From the NCBI RefSeq assembly GCF_001194135.2, contig NC_068983.1, forward strand, positions 107,292,311 to 107,356,310: a stretch of DNA of 64,000 nt. Direction: 5' to 3'. A program made the position numbers and the translations under genes. Positions within the stretch are counted from its first letter, which is position 1. Every line of letters begins with the position of its first letter. Source of the stretch: Octopus bimaculoides (taxonomy: Eukaryota). Shown here in pieces: positions 36,790 to 49,058 of the stretch. Below the pieces are notes generated by a model. That model saw only the letters and a list, made by a program, of their open reading frames with translations, searched no databases and was not told the DNA's origin.

Positions 36790-37380
36790 TTCTATGGGAG
36801 GAAAGACTGGGAAGGGTGGAAATGATATGGGTAACAAAATAAGGGTGAGGTAAGTGAGTTGTAAATGTATTAGTTGAGGTGATACCAGACCATCCAGCTC
36901 ACAAAGCAGAGGCCACTTGATATAGAAGGTTGTGATATAGAAGGTTGAGAGAGAGAGAGAAAGAGAAGAAAAGCCTATGAACCAGAGATTGAGATGTGGT
37001 GGTGAATATGACTTCATGCAAATCAGTTAAATTACTTTCCTTTGGATATGGTCTACAATGCATGTAGCTGTAGCATTTGCTGCATTCCAAATTAAGGAGC
37101 AATACACCATTGTATGTCTTGAGGTTTGTAGAGTGTTAGCAGTCGGTGAAGAGTGAAGTAATTTTTGTCACTGAAGTGGAAGGTCAGTCTTTGCTATGTT
37201 GTGGTTGTGAGTATATTCAGGAGAGATCCTCTGTATTGACAAGGCCCACCATTTGTAGAATCTTGGACCTTGGGTGCATTTAATGTAGTTCACTCCATTA
37301 CAAGCATTTAGTTCAGGTTACCAGTTTGAGAATAATTTCCTTCCTTTCTTTTGTCAATCCAGTAAAAGTCATTGGCATTG
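36790..37380 (-). mobile_element. CR1/L2-like LINE 3' relic
   Basis: RHTMVYCSLIWNA...DHIQRKVI*LI resembles RP.LEYCS.IW...LD.IQ.KA; related to 42693-42980. Confidence 0.55.
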
Positions 37381-37764
37381 TTTTTCCTTTTATGACTAAG
37401 CAATAAAAATGTTGCTTAAATGTATGTATACATGTGTGTCAAGATTCATGTATATTTGTAGTTAAGAGATCCTTTAAAACTTATTACCTTGCATCTTTCC
37501 TCTCCTCTTCTTCCATTCTCTCTGACCTCCTAATTACTCTATGTCTGATTATCTCAACTTTCTCCTCCTTTGTCTTACATTAATTAACCTCTTTTAATGC
37601 TCTTTCATAAACTTGTAATTTTTTTCAAAGAGTAAAGTTTATTAAAAATGGCAGGACTCCTATCATATCAGGGCACACAAAATTACGTTATTTTACAAAC
37701 AATGTTGATTAAATTTTAAGATATAGCCATTGTAGAAACACCAGATAACAATATATATAGCAAA

Positions 37765-37985
37765 AATAAGGCAGCAAGCTGACAGAATCATGAGTACACT
37801 GGACAAAATGCTAAATGGTATTTTGTTCATCTTTATGGTCTGATTTCAAATTCTGCCAAGGTCGACTTGGCCTTTCATCCTTTTGGAATTGATAAAATAA
37901 GTACTAGTTGAGCACTGGGGTTGATGTAATAGACTTACCTCCATTCGCTGAACTTGTTGGCTTTGTGCCAAAATTTGAAACTAAT
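37765..37985 (+). mobile_element. SINE family B
   Basis: AAGGCAGCAAGCTGACAGAATC...GTCGACTTGGCCTTTCATCC...GATAAAATAAGTAC...AAATTTGAAACT. Confidence 0.8.
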
Positions 37986-38178
37986 ATATATTGTAGTAAT
38001 ATTAATTTGGTGACTACAATCATTATGAATCTGATGTTTAGTACACCATACACCTGCACAGGTAAAGTTGATTCGATGGAGGGAGTGAGCTGATGTAGAG
38101 CACAAACATTTGATCACTATAAATAAATCATCTCTGCTTGTTGTTCTGGAAGAAATTCTGTTCATCTAAATTCCCAAC

Positions 38179-38226
38179 CTAATTTTGCTTATTTGTTCAA
38201 GTTGTTTCGCTTCATACTGCTGAGGC
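38179..38226 (-). CDS. candidate 48-nt exon (PQQYEAKQLEQISKI)
   Basis: Strong acceptor attattttctcttag; AG|gttggg donor; single open frame, phase 2 to 2. Confidence 0.22.
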
Positions 38227-39289
38227 CTAAGAGAAAATAATGAACTTTACATCATCCCATTTCCCATCGCTATATGGATCTTATATAATCAATTAATATT
38301 CATTAATTAACATCAAAGACTTTAACATAAATGACAGATTTTAACTTTTTACTTTTAAGGTTTAACCTACTTTGTCCTAGGTTCACTCATTTTATTATTG
38401 ATGTGACTGAAATGTCATTCCAGTTGAAGCATTGTATCATCTAAAACTACATTCCTGAGACTTTCTTGAAAGACATAGGAAAGCTGTTATTAGGTAGCAA
38501 AATTTGAACTCAGAATGTCAGGAGTTGAAACAAATACTTCGTTTCATCTCATCCCAATTCTCTAACAATTCTGTCAGTCTATCACTTTAGATAGGTAGTT
38601 TATTTATCTACCCCAAGAGGATGAAAGATAAAACTTGACCTTGATGTTATTTAAACTCAGAATACAGAGTCAGAAGAAATACCACAAGGCATTCAACATG
38701 ATTCTCTAATAGCTATTTGTTTGCCAATTCACTGCTTTTGCCAACTTACAACTTTGTATCTTACAACTTTGCATCTATCTAGTCAGTCTATATTAATGAA
38801 TCATCTGCTAAGATTTTGATATATGATTTTATATATTATACATAATCTTATATATTATAACTAATTGGAAAGGGAAAAGCATTGGTAAAATGTGAACTAT
38901 AAATCTATTGCTTGTTCGGCAACTTTGTAACCAATTAGAATATGATTCTGCTCTTTTGTGTAATAGGTGACATGGAAATGGGTCTTTAGGTCTTTTCTGT
39001 CTCAAATTCCTTCTTATATTGTCAAATATCAATCAATATTCAAAGGTGTTTATTCATGAAACTAAAGATTATTCAACATTTAACATTACTAAGTAGATTC
39101 ATCTTTTGATGGATATTGTTTTTCTTTATTTTTTGTTATTTTTCTTTTTACTGAGAGATTTTTGAACACAATTTATGTTCAAAGCCTCAAACCATCCAGC
39201 TAATTTGTCATGTAATGGTAGTTTCTTAAGCCAGAGAAAGATGGTTCTGTAATTTCTTACTGAACACCAAGCACAAATGATTTGTTTAT

Positions 39290-39505
39290 AGTGGTATATG
39301 TTGTACATAAGCTCAAGCCCTCTATATAATCGACATTGCCTGAACAGGTGCACAGTGTGCCACACATCAAGTAATCAAGTAATCTCAGAGCAATGTGAGA
39401 TGGAGTGTTTTTCTCAAGGACACAACACTGTCCAGTCTGGCAACTGAACTCATGATTACTCAATTGTTAGTGCAGCACATTAACCACTAGGACACGTGCC
39501 CTCAC
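39290..39505 (-). mobile_element. decayed SINE (family A-related)
   Basis: GTGTTTTTCTCAAGGACACAACAC...TGAACTCATGA...TAACCACTAGGACACGTGCCCTCAC. Confidence 0.6.
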
Positions 39506-41769
39506 ACTATGTCATATGACCAAACATTTTGTAGTAAGTTTGGTAATTAATTCATCAATTAATGAAAGAAAAATACTTTTTTGACTGAAGATGAGATTTT
39601 AACAGCTGAAGTATTGGCTTTAACCATATTATTCACAAGTATCAACTCTGAAGTTATGTCCGGGCTTATTATCTCAGTTGCCCAACTATGGCTTCTGCTT
39701 GGAAGCAGTATCTAAAATTATGCATGGCAACTGAATCTGGAGTAATCCGTGAATTTTAATACTACTTGTTTCTTCAATCAGCAGTGAATATGGTGAAATA
39801 CTAATTCAACCCTGACAAGATCTGAACTCAATGCTGAACTGAATTTAATAAAATGTAAATGCCTATTAACTCTGTTTGACAGAGTTGTGAAGAATATAGC
39901 TTAAAATGCTTGGATATCATACAACTGATGATAGATAAGTATTAGTTGATGGTAATTCAATTTAATTTAATGTTAAAGTTTTGATGGGGTAGACAAGCTT
40001 GACTCTTTCCAGCAAGTAACTCAATTTTAGAAAAAAGTTTCAGAGAGACACATCTGCATATCATTTTCAAATGACAGTCACTCACCAAATTTGTTTTTCA
40101 TTTTATATATTGCCACAAAAATCTCGTTCACAGTTGTAAATGGAAGGAAACTGAGAAAATCTCTCCACATATCTTTTTAGGTACAAATAAGTAATATTGG
40201 GATGTCTAAATTTCATTAGTGAAGAAGTTTCAAGATCTTTGACCATAGAAACTAATATCAGGAAAATAAGAATCTAATTAATCATACAGTGAAAGAAAAG
40301 GCTTCTGAGCTTACACAATGATTTCATCGATGTCCTTTTCTCTAGTTGAGGACATTCAGTCATATTCTCAAAAACATCATAATGACCTATATTTAGTTTT
40401 TCATTCCACCACTCAATTTATCAACAAAATCTATAATTGTTACTAGATTACCTTGAAATGCTAACTGTATTGGGTCAGAAGAAAATGTTATTTAGGCAGG
40501 TTAGCATGGACCCACCACCAGTTTATTGTCAGGTAATTTACCTATAAACTTGATTGGTTTATCTTTTGAACTTCTTGAAAAGAATCCTTTTGGTTCTTCT
40601 TCCATCACTGCAACTTGAGTCAAAGTATTGCTTCTTCAAAGCCATCTAATACCTATGTTAAAAGAAAGTGGTTATACCTCAGCATTTAATTCTTGACATA
40701 GTTAACATAGAATAATTGTACTCAGAAAACTAGAAATGACAAAATTCATCTTTCAACAACATCAAGAATAGGTTTGAGAGCTGGAAGTAGTGTCTTCATA
40801 CATAAGCAATTACTTTGAATCCGTGTTCGTTCTTAATACATAGCACTCTTACTCAATTAAACACGTTTATAGTCCAGCATTTCAGGTGTTCCACTAATTG
40901 TACTACAAACTACCATTTTCCAACAAAGACCAACTTTTGTAAAATGACTAAATACAACTACCTTTATGTTTTTTTTTCTCTCTGTTATACTCTTCAAGAT
41001 TTGGAAAATCAAGAATTCTTTTTGTAAATATGCATCATTTACATATCTTGTACATAAAAGCAGCTGAGTATCAGATGCCATATCTGTGAAGTTATCAAGT
41101 TGAATAATAAAGATATCTAGCAGATCCTCTTAAATTTCTGAAATTACCTTTTATTTTTATATCATCTGACGTCAGATATCCTTCAGATATCCATATCATT
41201 TAACAGTGGCAGGGTATTCGGTTTCTTTGCAGCGTTTTCTACCAACATATGGTAAACAATATCTTTGCAGCAAGGCAAGATCAAAGTTTTAGTGATTGTG
41301 TAAGGTTTCTAATTTTTTTTTCCAATTCTTTCTTTGCATTCAAAGAAATGTTATTTCAGAAAGCTTGGCTTCATTGAATGATTTGATAGAACTTTATGAC
41401 ACAGAACACATTGTGAGAAATCTTTACGTTTTTTTTATTTTTTTTATCCAAGTGAAACCAAATTCGATGTATGATTGACTCACTGATTTTTTTTAACCAC
41501 AGGATGCCATAATTACCTTGGGGTGGGGTGGTGGAAAAAGTAAATATTTCAGTAGTTAGTTGGCTGAATACACATGTAAGTACTTCTAAACTGATATAGA
41601 TGTGTTAAAACGACATAATACTTTATAATACACTTACAAAAATAGTAGCTTTCAATCAACTGAACACGTTTTTCAGTCATGTTATAAATACATAGAAGAT
41701 TGAAGGTATTAACTGAAAATATAGGAAACAAGTTTTCTGTGATAAGTGTTAGCTTATGGAGGAGGCAAC

Positions 41770-41990
41770 ATCATCATCATCATCATCGTTTAACGTCTGC
41801 TTTCCATGCTAGCATGGGTTGGACGATTTGACTGAGGACTGGTGAACCAGATGGCTGCACCAGGCTCCAATCTGATTTGGCAGAGTTTCTACAGCTGGAT
41901 GCCCTTCCTAATGCCAACCACTCCGAGAGTGTAGTGGGTGCTTTTACGTGCCACCGGCACGAAGGCCAGTCAGGTGGTACTGGCAACCAG
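41770..41990 (-). mobile_element. SINE family D
   Basis: CATCATCATCATCGTTTAACGTCTGCTTTCCATGCTAGCATGGGTTGGACG...GGTACTGGCAAC. Confidence 0.85.
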
Positions 41991-42169
41991 CAAGAGAAAT
42001 AACTGTCAATGATTGAAACAGTTGTGTGATGTACAGAGTAGAGTGCTTGCCAACTGTATATCAAATTTACTAGACTCATGAGTTGTGTTTAGTTGGTTAG
42101 GATTACCTCATAATTTTCTTGGATCAGTTGCTTCCTATCAGACTGCACTTTTGCTGCACGTGTTTCTTT

Positions 42170-43120
42170 CTCTCTTTCATTCTATCAACTTTGACATTCC
42201 CCAAGGTTCTGCTTTGCTGCACCCACCAACTCTTTTCCTTCTATACAGCTATGACTTATTTGCCATCACATCTGACCACATCAACACTTACACTGATGAC
42301 ACAACCCTTCATTTCCCCCTAAAAATCCTCAATAATACATCATTTGCCCACAACTTAGATGCTCATACCACACACAATCTGATTCCATGAATAGAGATCT
42401 TGAATAGAGACCTTGCAATGGAGGATGCTTTCCAGGAAGAAAACACAAATGCTACTCATGTCGAGAAGACATCATTGCACCACACCAATCCATCCTTAAT
42501 CATGAGCAGCTCTCAACTAGAACCCATCCCATCCTATGATCACTCCAAATATTGGGTTTTACTATCACTAAGGATATGTTATGGTAAAAGCCTATCCTTA
42601 ACATAGTAGGACTGCTTCATTATGACCCTTTCTTCAGGGTCAGAAAATACTTCAACCTCTAACAATCATTGACCAATCATTGACAAGCTCAGATGAAGCC
42701 CACATTGGTGCATTGCTCTCACATCTGGAATAGTATTGTTGCACACAGAGACACTCCAGACTGCATCCAGAAAGGGATAGATAAAAAGTCACTCACAAAC
42801 ACACTGCAGTCTTTGATCCACTCATCTGCTGCTTCCTCTCTCAGTTGGCTAGGCTCATGCTACCTCCACTCACACTTTTCTTTCTTCCTCGCTTTTCACT
42901 CTTCCTCACTTTTCTCTCTCCCTCTCTTTTTTCTCTTTTTTTTCTCTCTTTTCACTCATACTCTCTCTTCCTCTCTCTAACTAGTGTTCAGCCTTGTCAA
43001 GCCCTTAACTAATCACCACACTCTGTCCTTCTTTCCTAGAATGTTAGTCTTTGGAAATCTCTCTTTCTGCTAATGCCTTTCCTGAAGTTGTTGATTTGCA
43101 AAGGATCAAGAAGAACATTA
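42170..43120 (+). mobile_element. CR1/L2-like LINE RT 3' relic
   Basis: FDIPQGSAL...LFLLYSYDL....INTYTDDTTLH (GVPQGS.L...LF.LY.NDL...YADDT) and MKPTLVHCSHIW. Confidence 0.8.
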
Positions 43121-43920
43121 ATGGCATCTATTTCATGTGTCTAGGAAGTCCTGCCCTTCTTTCAGATCCAGCAAGGGAAAATAAAATGAAAAAAAAAAAA
43201 ACCCTTGCGAATGCTTACAATTTATCTTGCAAGGCATAAAAATAAGCATACCTTGGTTTGAGAACCTTATACTACAGGATTGCTATAAGACAACAAATTT
43301 CTCTCAAACTACACCATACCAAAATAATATGACTTTATCAGGGCTGAAACACTTTTATCACAGGTTTGTTTGATTAAGGATAACCTGGGGCTTGACAAAT
43401 ACAACCAGTCTTGAATATTCTCAATTATTTTCAACATGCAGCCAGCTACTCAAGATTAATTTCTTACAGAGGCAAAAGTCTATAGTTCAAGGTGTTGATA
43501 AAATTGACCTTAATACATAACAAGTACTTAAAATATTGATCCTTGATGATGGAAAGGTTAATTCTACCCTGGCAAGATTTTGAAAGCTGTAACATGAATA
43601 TGAACTTCAGTTATTTAACATCATTTAGTTACATGCTATGCTGTGTTAACTACTCACATCACATTTTGACATTGTAATTGTTACTTTATGGTAAAATATT
43701 AAAAATAAAAATAGGTTCAAAACATGCATGGGTGAGTTGATTGGGTATTGGACAATTGACTGACAGATGAGTGGTTTCTATCTTGTGGCCATGATATTTG
43801 TTTCAGTGAATGAAACAAGTAAAAGAAAAAGATAAAAGATAAAAAATAATAAAATAAATAAATAAAACTCAAAATAGCGAGCCCTATATTGGGTAGGATA
43901 AAAACTAGGGAAGTAAGTAA

Positions 43921-44574
43921 TAATAGTTTCAAATTTTCATGCAACGCCAGCAGTTTCAGGTTGAGGGTTAAGTTGATTACACCGACACCAGTTCAACTGG
44001 TACTTGTTTTAATGACCCTGAAGGGATGAAAAGCAAAGATGATCGCATCAGAATTTGAACTAATGTCATGACATGAAATGCTGTGAAGCATTTTACTTGG
44101 TGTGCTAACAATTCTGCCAGCTTGCTGCCGTAGGGAAATAAATATTCCTTTCTACTATAGGCACAAGGCCTGAAATTGGGGCAGGGGACAGAGCTGGTAA
44201 ATTACATCGACCCCTGTGTTCAATGGGTACTTATTTTACTGATACTGAAAGGATGAAAGGCAAAGTCAGCCTCAGCAGATTTTGAACTCAGAACGTCCAT
44301 ATGGGTCAAAATGCTGTCAAGCATTTTTCCAGCTTACCACCTTTAGGGAAGAAAATATTAGTTTCAAATTTTGGCATAAGGTCAATAATTTTAAAGAGAG
44401 GGGATAAATCGATTACATTGACCCCAGTGTTCAACTGGTACTTGTATTATCAATCCTGAGAGGATGAAAAACAAAGTTGACCTCGGTGGAATTTGAACTC
44501 AGAATGTAAAGACAGATGAAATGCCACTAAGCATTTTGCCTGGCATGCTAACGATTCTGCCAGCTCGTCGCCTT
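43921..44574 (-). mobile_element. three tandem SINE family B copies
   Basis: Three repeats of CAACTGGTACTT...GGATGAAA..CAAAG...TTTGAACT, each bounded by a TAGGGAA(A/G)-AT-rich motif. Confidence 0.88.
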
Positions 44575-44859
44575 TAGGGAAATAAATAATATTGAAATCA
44601 ATGAGCTCAAGTATTAACATTTAAACAAATAGATACCTCACTGTGTTGCAAAAATCTGTTTGTGCAGCGATTAGAAGCTGCACACTGAGTCAAACATTTT
44701 ATCAATGCATAATTCCATAGAAATGAACTATACACGAGACGTAATATTTTTTTTATTAGTAGTCTGACTTCCTCCGATTGAAAAAGAATGGGATTTTAGA
44801 TTTTGTTTATGAAAATTTTCATAGCTGGCCACATTATCTAAAGAATTCAAAAGTATCCC

Positions 44860-45260
44860 CATCATCATATCATCATCATCGTCATCATCATCGTCACCAT
44901 CATCATCTTCATCATCATCATCATCATTATCATTATCATTAGCACTATCATCATCTTCATCATCATCTTCATCATCGTCGTCCTCATCATCATCGCTATC
45001 ATCCTTATTATTGTCATGATCATCATCACCATCATCACCATCGTCATCATCACTGTCACCATAATTGTCGTCATCATTGTCGTTATCATCATCATCATCA
45101 CTGTCATCATCATTTTAATGTCCGTTTTTTTCATGCTTGCATGAATCTGATGAAATTTGTTGAGGCCAGTTTTCTACAGCAGGATGCTCTTGCTGTCACC
45201 AAGCCACACCGGTTTTCGAAGCAAAGGAATATTTCTCCCTGTATGGACATACTTTTATGG
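44860..45260 (-). repeat. expanded degenerate (ATC)n array forming the tail of a family D SINE
   Basis: About 260 bp of catcat/cgtcat/tatcat units run directly into TTTAATGTCCG...CATGCTTGCATG. Confidence 0.8.
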
Positions 45261-45553
45261 AAGATTGGAAATGAAAGACATGATTTGTAATGATGGTGAT
45301 GCTAGGTTACAACAAAGCCTCCCCATGCACAAACACACACATATACATGCATGCACACACACAGGTATGTATGTATGTATTGATGAATGTAAGTATATTT
45401 TTTTTGGCACTCCATCGCTTATGACGTCGAGGGTTCCAGTTGATCTGATCAACNNNNNNNNNNNNNNNNNNNNNNNNNNNNNNNNNNNNNNNNNNNNNNN
45501 NNNNNNNNNNNNNNNNNNNNNNNNNNNNNNNNNNNNNNNNNNNNNNNNNNNNN

Positions 45554-45589
<36 letters not shown>

Positions 45590-46469
45590 TGTTCATATAT
45601 GTAAAATATGAGTAACAAAGATGTATAAGTGTCAAATCATTACAGCTGTTTCCAGGAACTCCTTTAATTGATCAATGAAAGCATTACATCATAACAAAGA
45701 AAACCATTCTCATCAGATGACCACATAGACCACAGGCATAAAGGCCAAGTTAGATATTTAAACATATTCATATCATCAATACAGAGCAAATATTTACAAT
45801 GATTCTGCTGCTAAATTTTTGGGCAGAATGAAAAAAGGGCAGTACAGTGACAGACAAGCCAGAAATTAGCATAGGCTAGAGTGGTGGGGAGGGATGAATG
45901 AGAATAGTAACCCTGTTAGCTACACATCAAAGACAATAGGGAGTTGTAAATTAATTTGTATCATGACAGACCATTCTTCTATCTGAGAAAATGGAACTTT
46001 ACATAGGGCTATATTGAACACCAAAAGGGTAGGTCATGGGGCAGTAAACAAGAATGTCTGCTGGGGGAGTGGTGATAATGGAAAGAGAAGAGGTGATATG
46101 GATGGCCAATAAAGCTAATTTTGATTATTTTAAAGGGGAAGAGAAAGTGAACTTTAAGGATTATGGGTGGGAGATAAATTGAAGGAGTAAGTTTTTAACT
46201 TAGTTTACCTATACTATTAAAGCAAAATGTAAATATATAGATATATAAAGACTAGAAAGAATTTTCAGATATAACTAAATAAGGGGATAACATATAATTT
46301 AATATTTGATAATGTAAGGTTGCAGTGTATAATAAATTTTATGAGAAACATAGAAAATTATAAATTGCCACCAAATTTTTATGCTAATCAAACTTTGAAA
46401 ATATAAATAAAAATTAAAATATAACCAAATATAAATGTAAAATATAATATGAGAAAATTTTTAAGACTA

Positions 46470-46720
46470 TATGTACGTATGTAAAAAGCACCATTTGAGT
46501 GTAGCTGATGCCAGTGCTGCCTACTGGCACCTGTGCCAGTGGCATGTAAAAAGAACCCACCACATTCTTGTAGTGGTTAGCATTATGAAGGACGTCCAGC
46601 TGTAGAAACCTTGCCAAATCAAATTGGGGCCTGGTGCAGCCTTCTGGCATACCAGTTCTCAGTCAAATAGTCCAGCCCATGCCAGCATTAGAAAGGGGAT
46701 ATTAAATGATGATGATGATG
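46470..46720 (+). mobile_element. SINE family D
   Basis: AAAGCACCATTTGAG...CCAGCTGTAGAAAC...CCCATGCCAGCAT...TTAAATGATGATGATG. Confidence 0.75.
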
Positions 46721-47029
46721 ATAATATATATATATAAACATATATAGATGTATGCATGTATATACATATATATATACATATCATCATCATCTAATATCTG
46801 TCTTCTATGCATGCATGGGTAGGATAGTTTTGGCAGGGTTTTTATAGCTGGATACCCTTCCTAACACATAACCACAGATACATACAGACAGACAGACATG
46901 TTCACACACACACACATGTATGCAAGGGGTATTTTTTTCAGTACTCACAGGGCTTGGTCAACCCAGGGCTAAAGTAGAAGGTACTTACCTGACATGTCAC
47001 ACATAGCTCATAGCTGATATTATCAGATG

Positions 47030-47960
47030 CCATGAATGGCTCTTTTCCTGAACCAAGTAAGTATGACTTTTTGAGCAAGTCATCTTTTCCAAAATGCAAG
47101 AGATCAAATTTTAGCCTTCTTTCACAGCATGTTGCCTCTGTACATTCATTGATTTATGGCATGCAGATCATGCTGCAGTTTTGTTAGTTCATCTTGTCCA
47201 TTGATACAGTTTTAAAGCTTGGAGCAATCTTCGAATATTTGTATTTTAACGTGCGTGATGACATTTAAGATGTTGTTTATATACCCTATTAAAAGAAATG
47301 CACTAATTGGAGTCTCTTAGAGCAGGGGTTTTCAAACTGTGGTCCGTGGACCACAGGTGGTCCGCAAGTACAAGACAGGGGGTCCGTGGACAGCAAATAC
47401 TTTTTATGGGCAATTTGATTTTATATGTTATTTAATCAAAATCTTTTAATTGACAATAAACCTATTTGTTAAATACTGTTAAATAAATAAATATAAGAAT
47501 ATATGTTATTTTAAGCAAATATTTATGTATAAATTTCATAAGCGTTTATAAGGGGCTCCCTAAGGTAAAGCCTGAAATATAAAGGGGACCCCTGTCTTAG
47601 AGGACACCTCTAGTAACTTTTGCTGGGCTTTAACGGATCCTATTGACTACTACATATTGGATTCTGCTCACCAAGAAATACCTGACCCAGTGCAGCATTT
47701 TTGCACAGATTCTAATGTTGGACAATTTGAACCCAAGCATGTCGTGGTCGACTCAGTAGAAAACTTGGGTGGAATTAGGATATATAACATCAGTGTATGA
47801 ACCCTCTCCCACAATTTTTGGGAGGTCATCAAAATGATGTTGAAGATGTATTGTACAGTCTCTGTTTTTAGGAGATTGTTACTCTCTAGGAAATCAGTAA
47901 TTCTTCATCTCATCACCTTTTCAAATACTTTGATGATATGAGGGTTAGTGAGATGAGTGA
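47030..47960 (-). mobile_element. CR1/Jockey-like LINE RT relic interrupted by a hAT MITE
   Basis: HIIKVFEKVMR.RITDFLESNNLL, then frameshifted D.IY..F.K...RVDHDMLGFKLSNIGIC.KMLHWVRYFL and AKVTRGV. Confidence 0.75.
47323..47594. mobile_element. hAT-type MITE (272 bp)
   Basis: Perfect 8-bp TSD TCTTAGAG (47315-47322 and 47595-47602); termini CAGGGGT...ACCCCTG. Confidence 0.9.
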
Positions 47961-48029
47961 TATTAACTGCAATTGACCTGTTTCTTTTTCATAAACTGGG
48001 TTTATGCATATTCCTATATGTACATACAT

Positions 48030-48085
<56 letters not shown>

Positions 48086-49008
48086 NNNNNNNNNNNNNNN
48101 NNNNNNNNNNNNNNNNNNNNNNNNNNNNNNNNNNNNNNNNNNNNNNNNNNNNNNNNNNNNNNNNNNNNNNNNNNNNNNNNNNNNNNNNNNNNNNNNNNNN
48201 NNNNNNNNNNNNNNNNNNNNNNNNNNNNNNNNNNNNNNNNNNNNNNNNNNNNNNNNNNNNNNNNNNNNNNNNNNNNNNNNNNNNNNNNNNNNNNNNNNNN
48301 NNNNNNNNNNNNNNNNNNNNNNNNNNNNNNNNNNNNNNNNNNNNNNNNNNNNNNNNNNNNNNNNNNNNNNNNNNNNNNNNNNNNNNNNNNNNNNNNNNNN
48401 NNNNNNNNNNNNNNNNNNNNNNNNNNNNNNNNNNNNNNNNNNNNNNNNNNNNNNNNNNNNNNNNNNNNNNNNNNNNNNNNNNNNNNNNNNNNNNNNNNNN
48501 NNNNNNNNNNNNNNNNNNNNNNNNNNNNNNNNNNNNNNNNNNNNNNNNNNNNNNNNNNNNNNNNNNNNNNNNNNNNNNNNNNNNNNNNNNNNNNNNNNNN
48601 NNNNNNNNNNNNNNNNNNNNNNNNNNNNNNNNNNNNNNNNNNNNNNNNNNNNNNNNNNNNNNNNNNNNNNNNNNNNNNNNNNNNNNNNNNNNNNNNNNNN
48701 NNNNNNNNNNNNNNNNNNNNNNNNNNNNNNNNNNNNNNNNNNNNNNNNNNNNNNNNNNNNNNNNNNNNNNNNNNNNNNNNNNNNNNNNNNNNNNNNNNNN
48801 NNNNNNNNNNNNNNNNNNNNNNNNNNNNNNNNNNNNNNNNNNNNNNNNNNNNNNNNNNNNNNNNNNNNNNNNNNNNNNNNNNNNNNNNNNNNNNNNNNNN
48901 NNNNNNNNNNNNNNNNNNNNNNNNNNNNNNNNNNNNNNNNNNNNNNNNNNNNNNNNNNNNNNNNNNNNNNNNNNNNNNNNNNNNNNNNNNNNNNNNNNNN
49001 NNNNNNNN
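48086..49008. other. assembly gap (N run) between (CA)n and (TA)n; the largest of many
   Basis: N run. Other gaps lie near 713, 1417, 5736, 29050, 30503, 32435, 45454, 51447, 52062, 54262 and 62904. Confidence 0.99.

Positions 49009-49058
<50 letters not shown>

Noticed and set aside
46989-47047. Minus-strand exon candidate with a perfect CAG|gtaagt donor
   Set aside because: It straddles a decayed SINE/LINE junction, and the donor derives from mutated SINE sequence.
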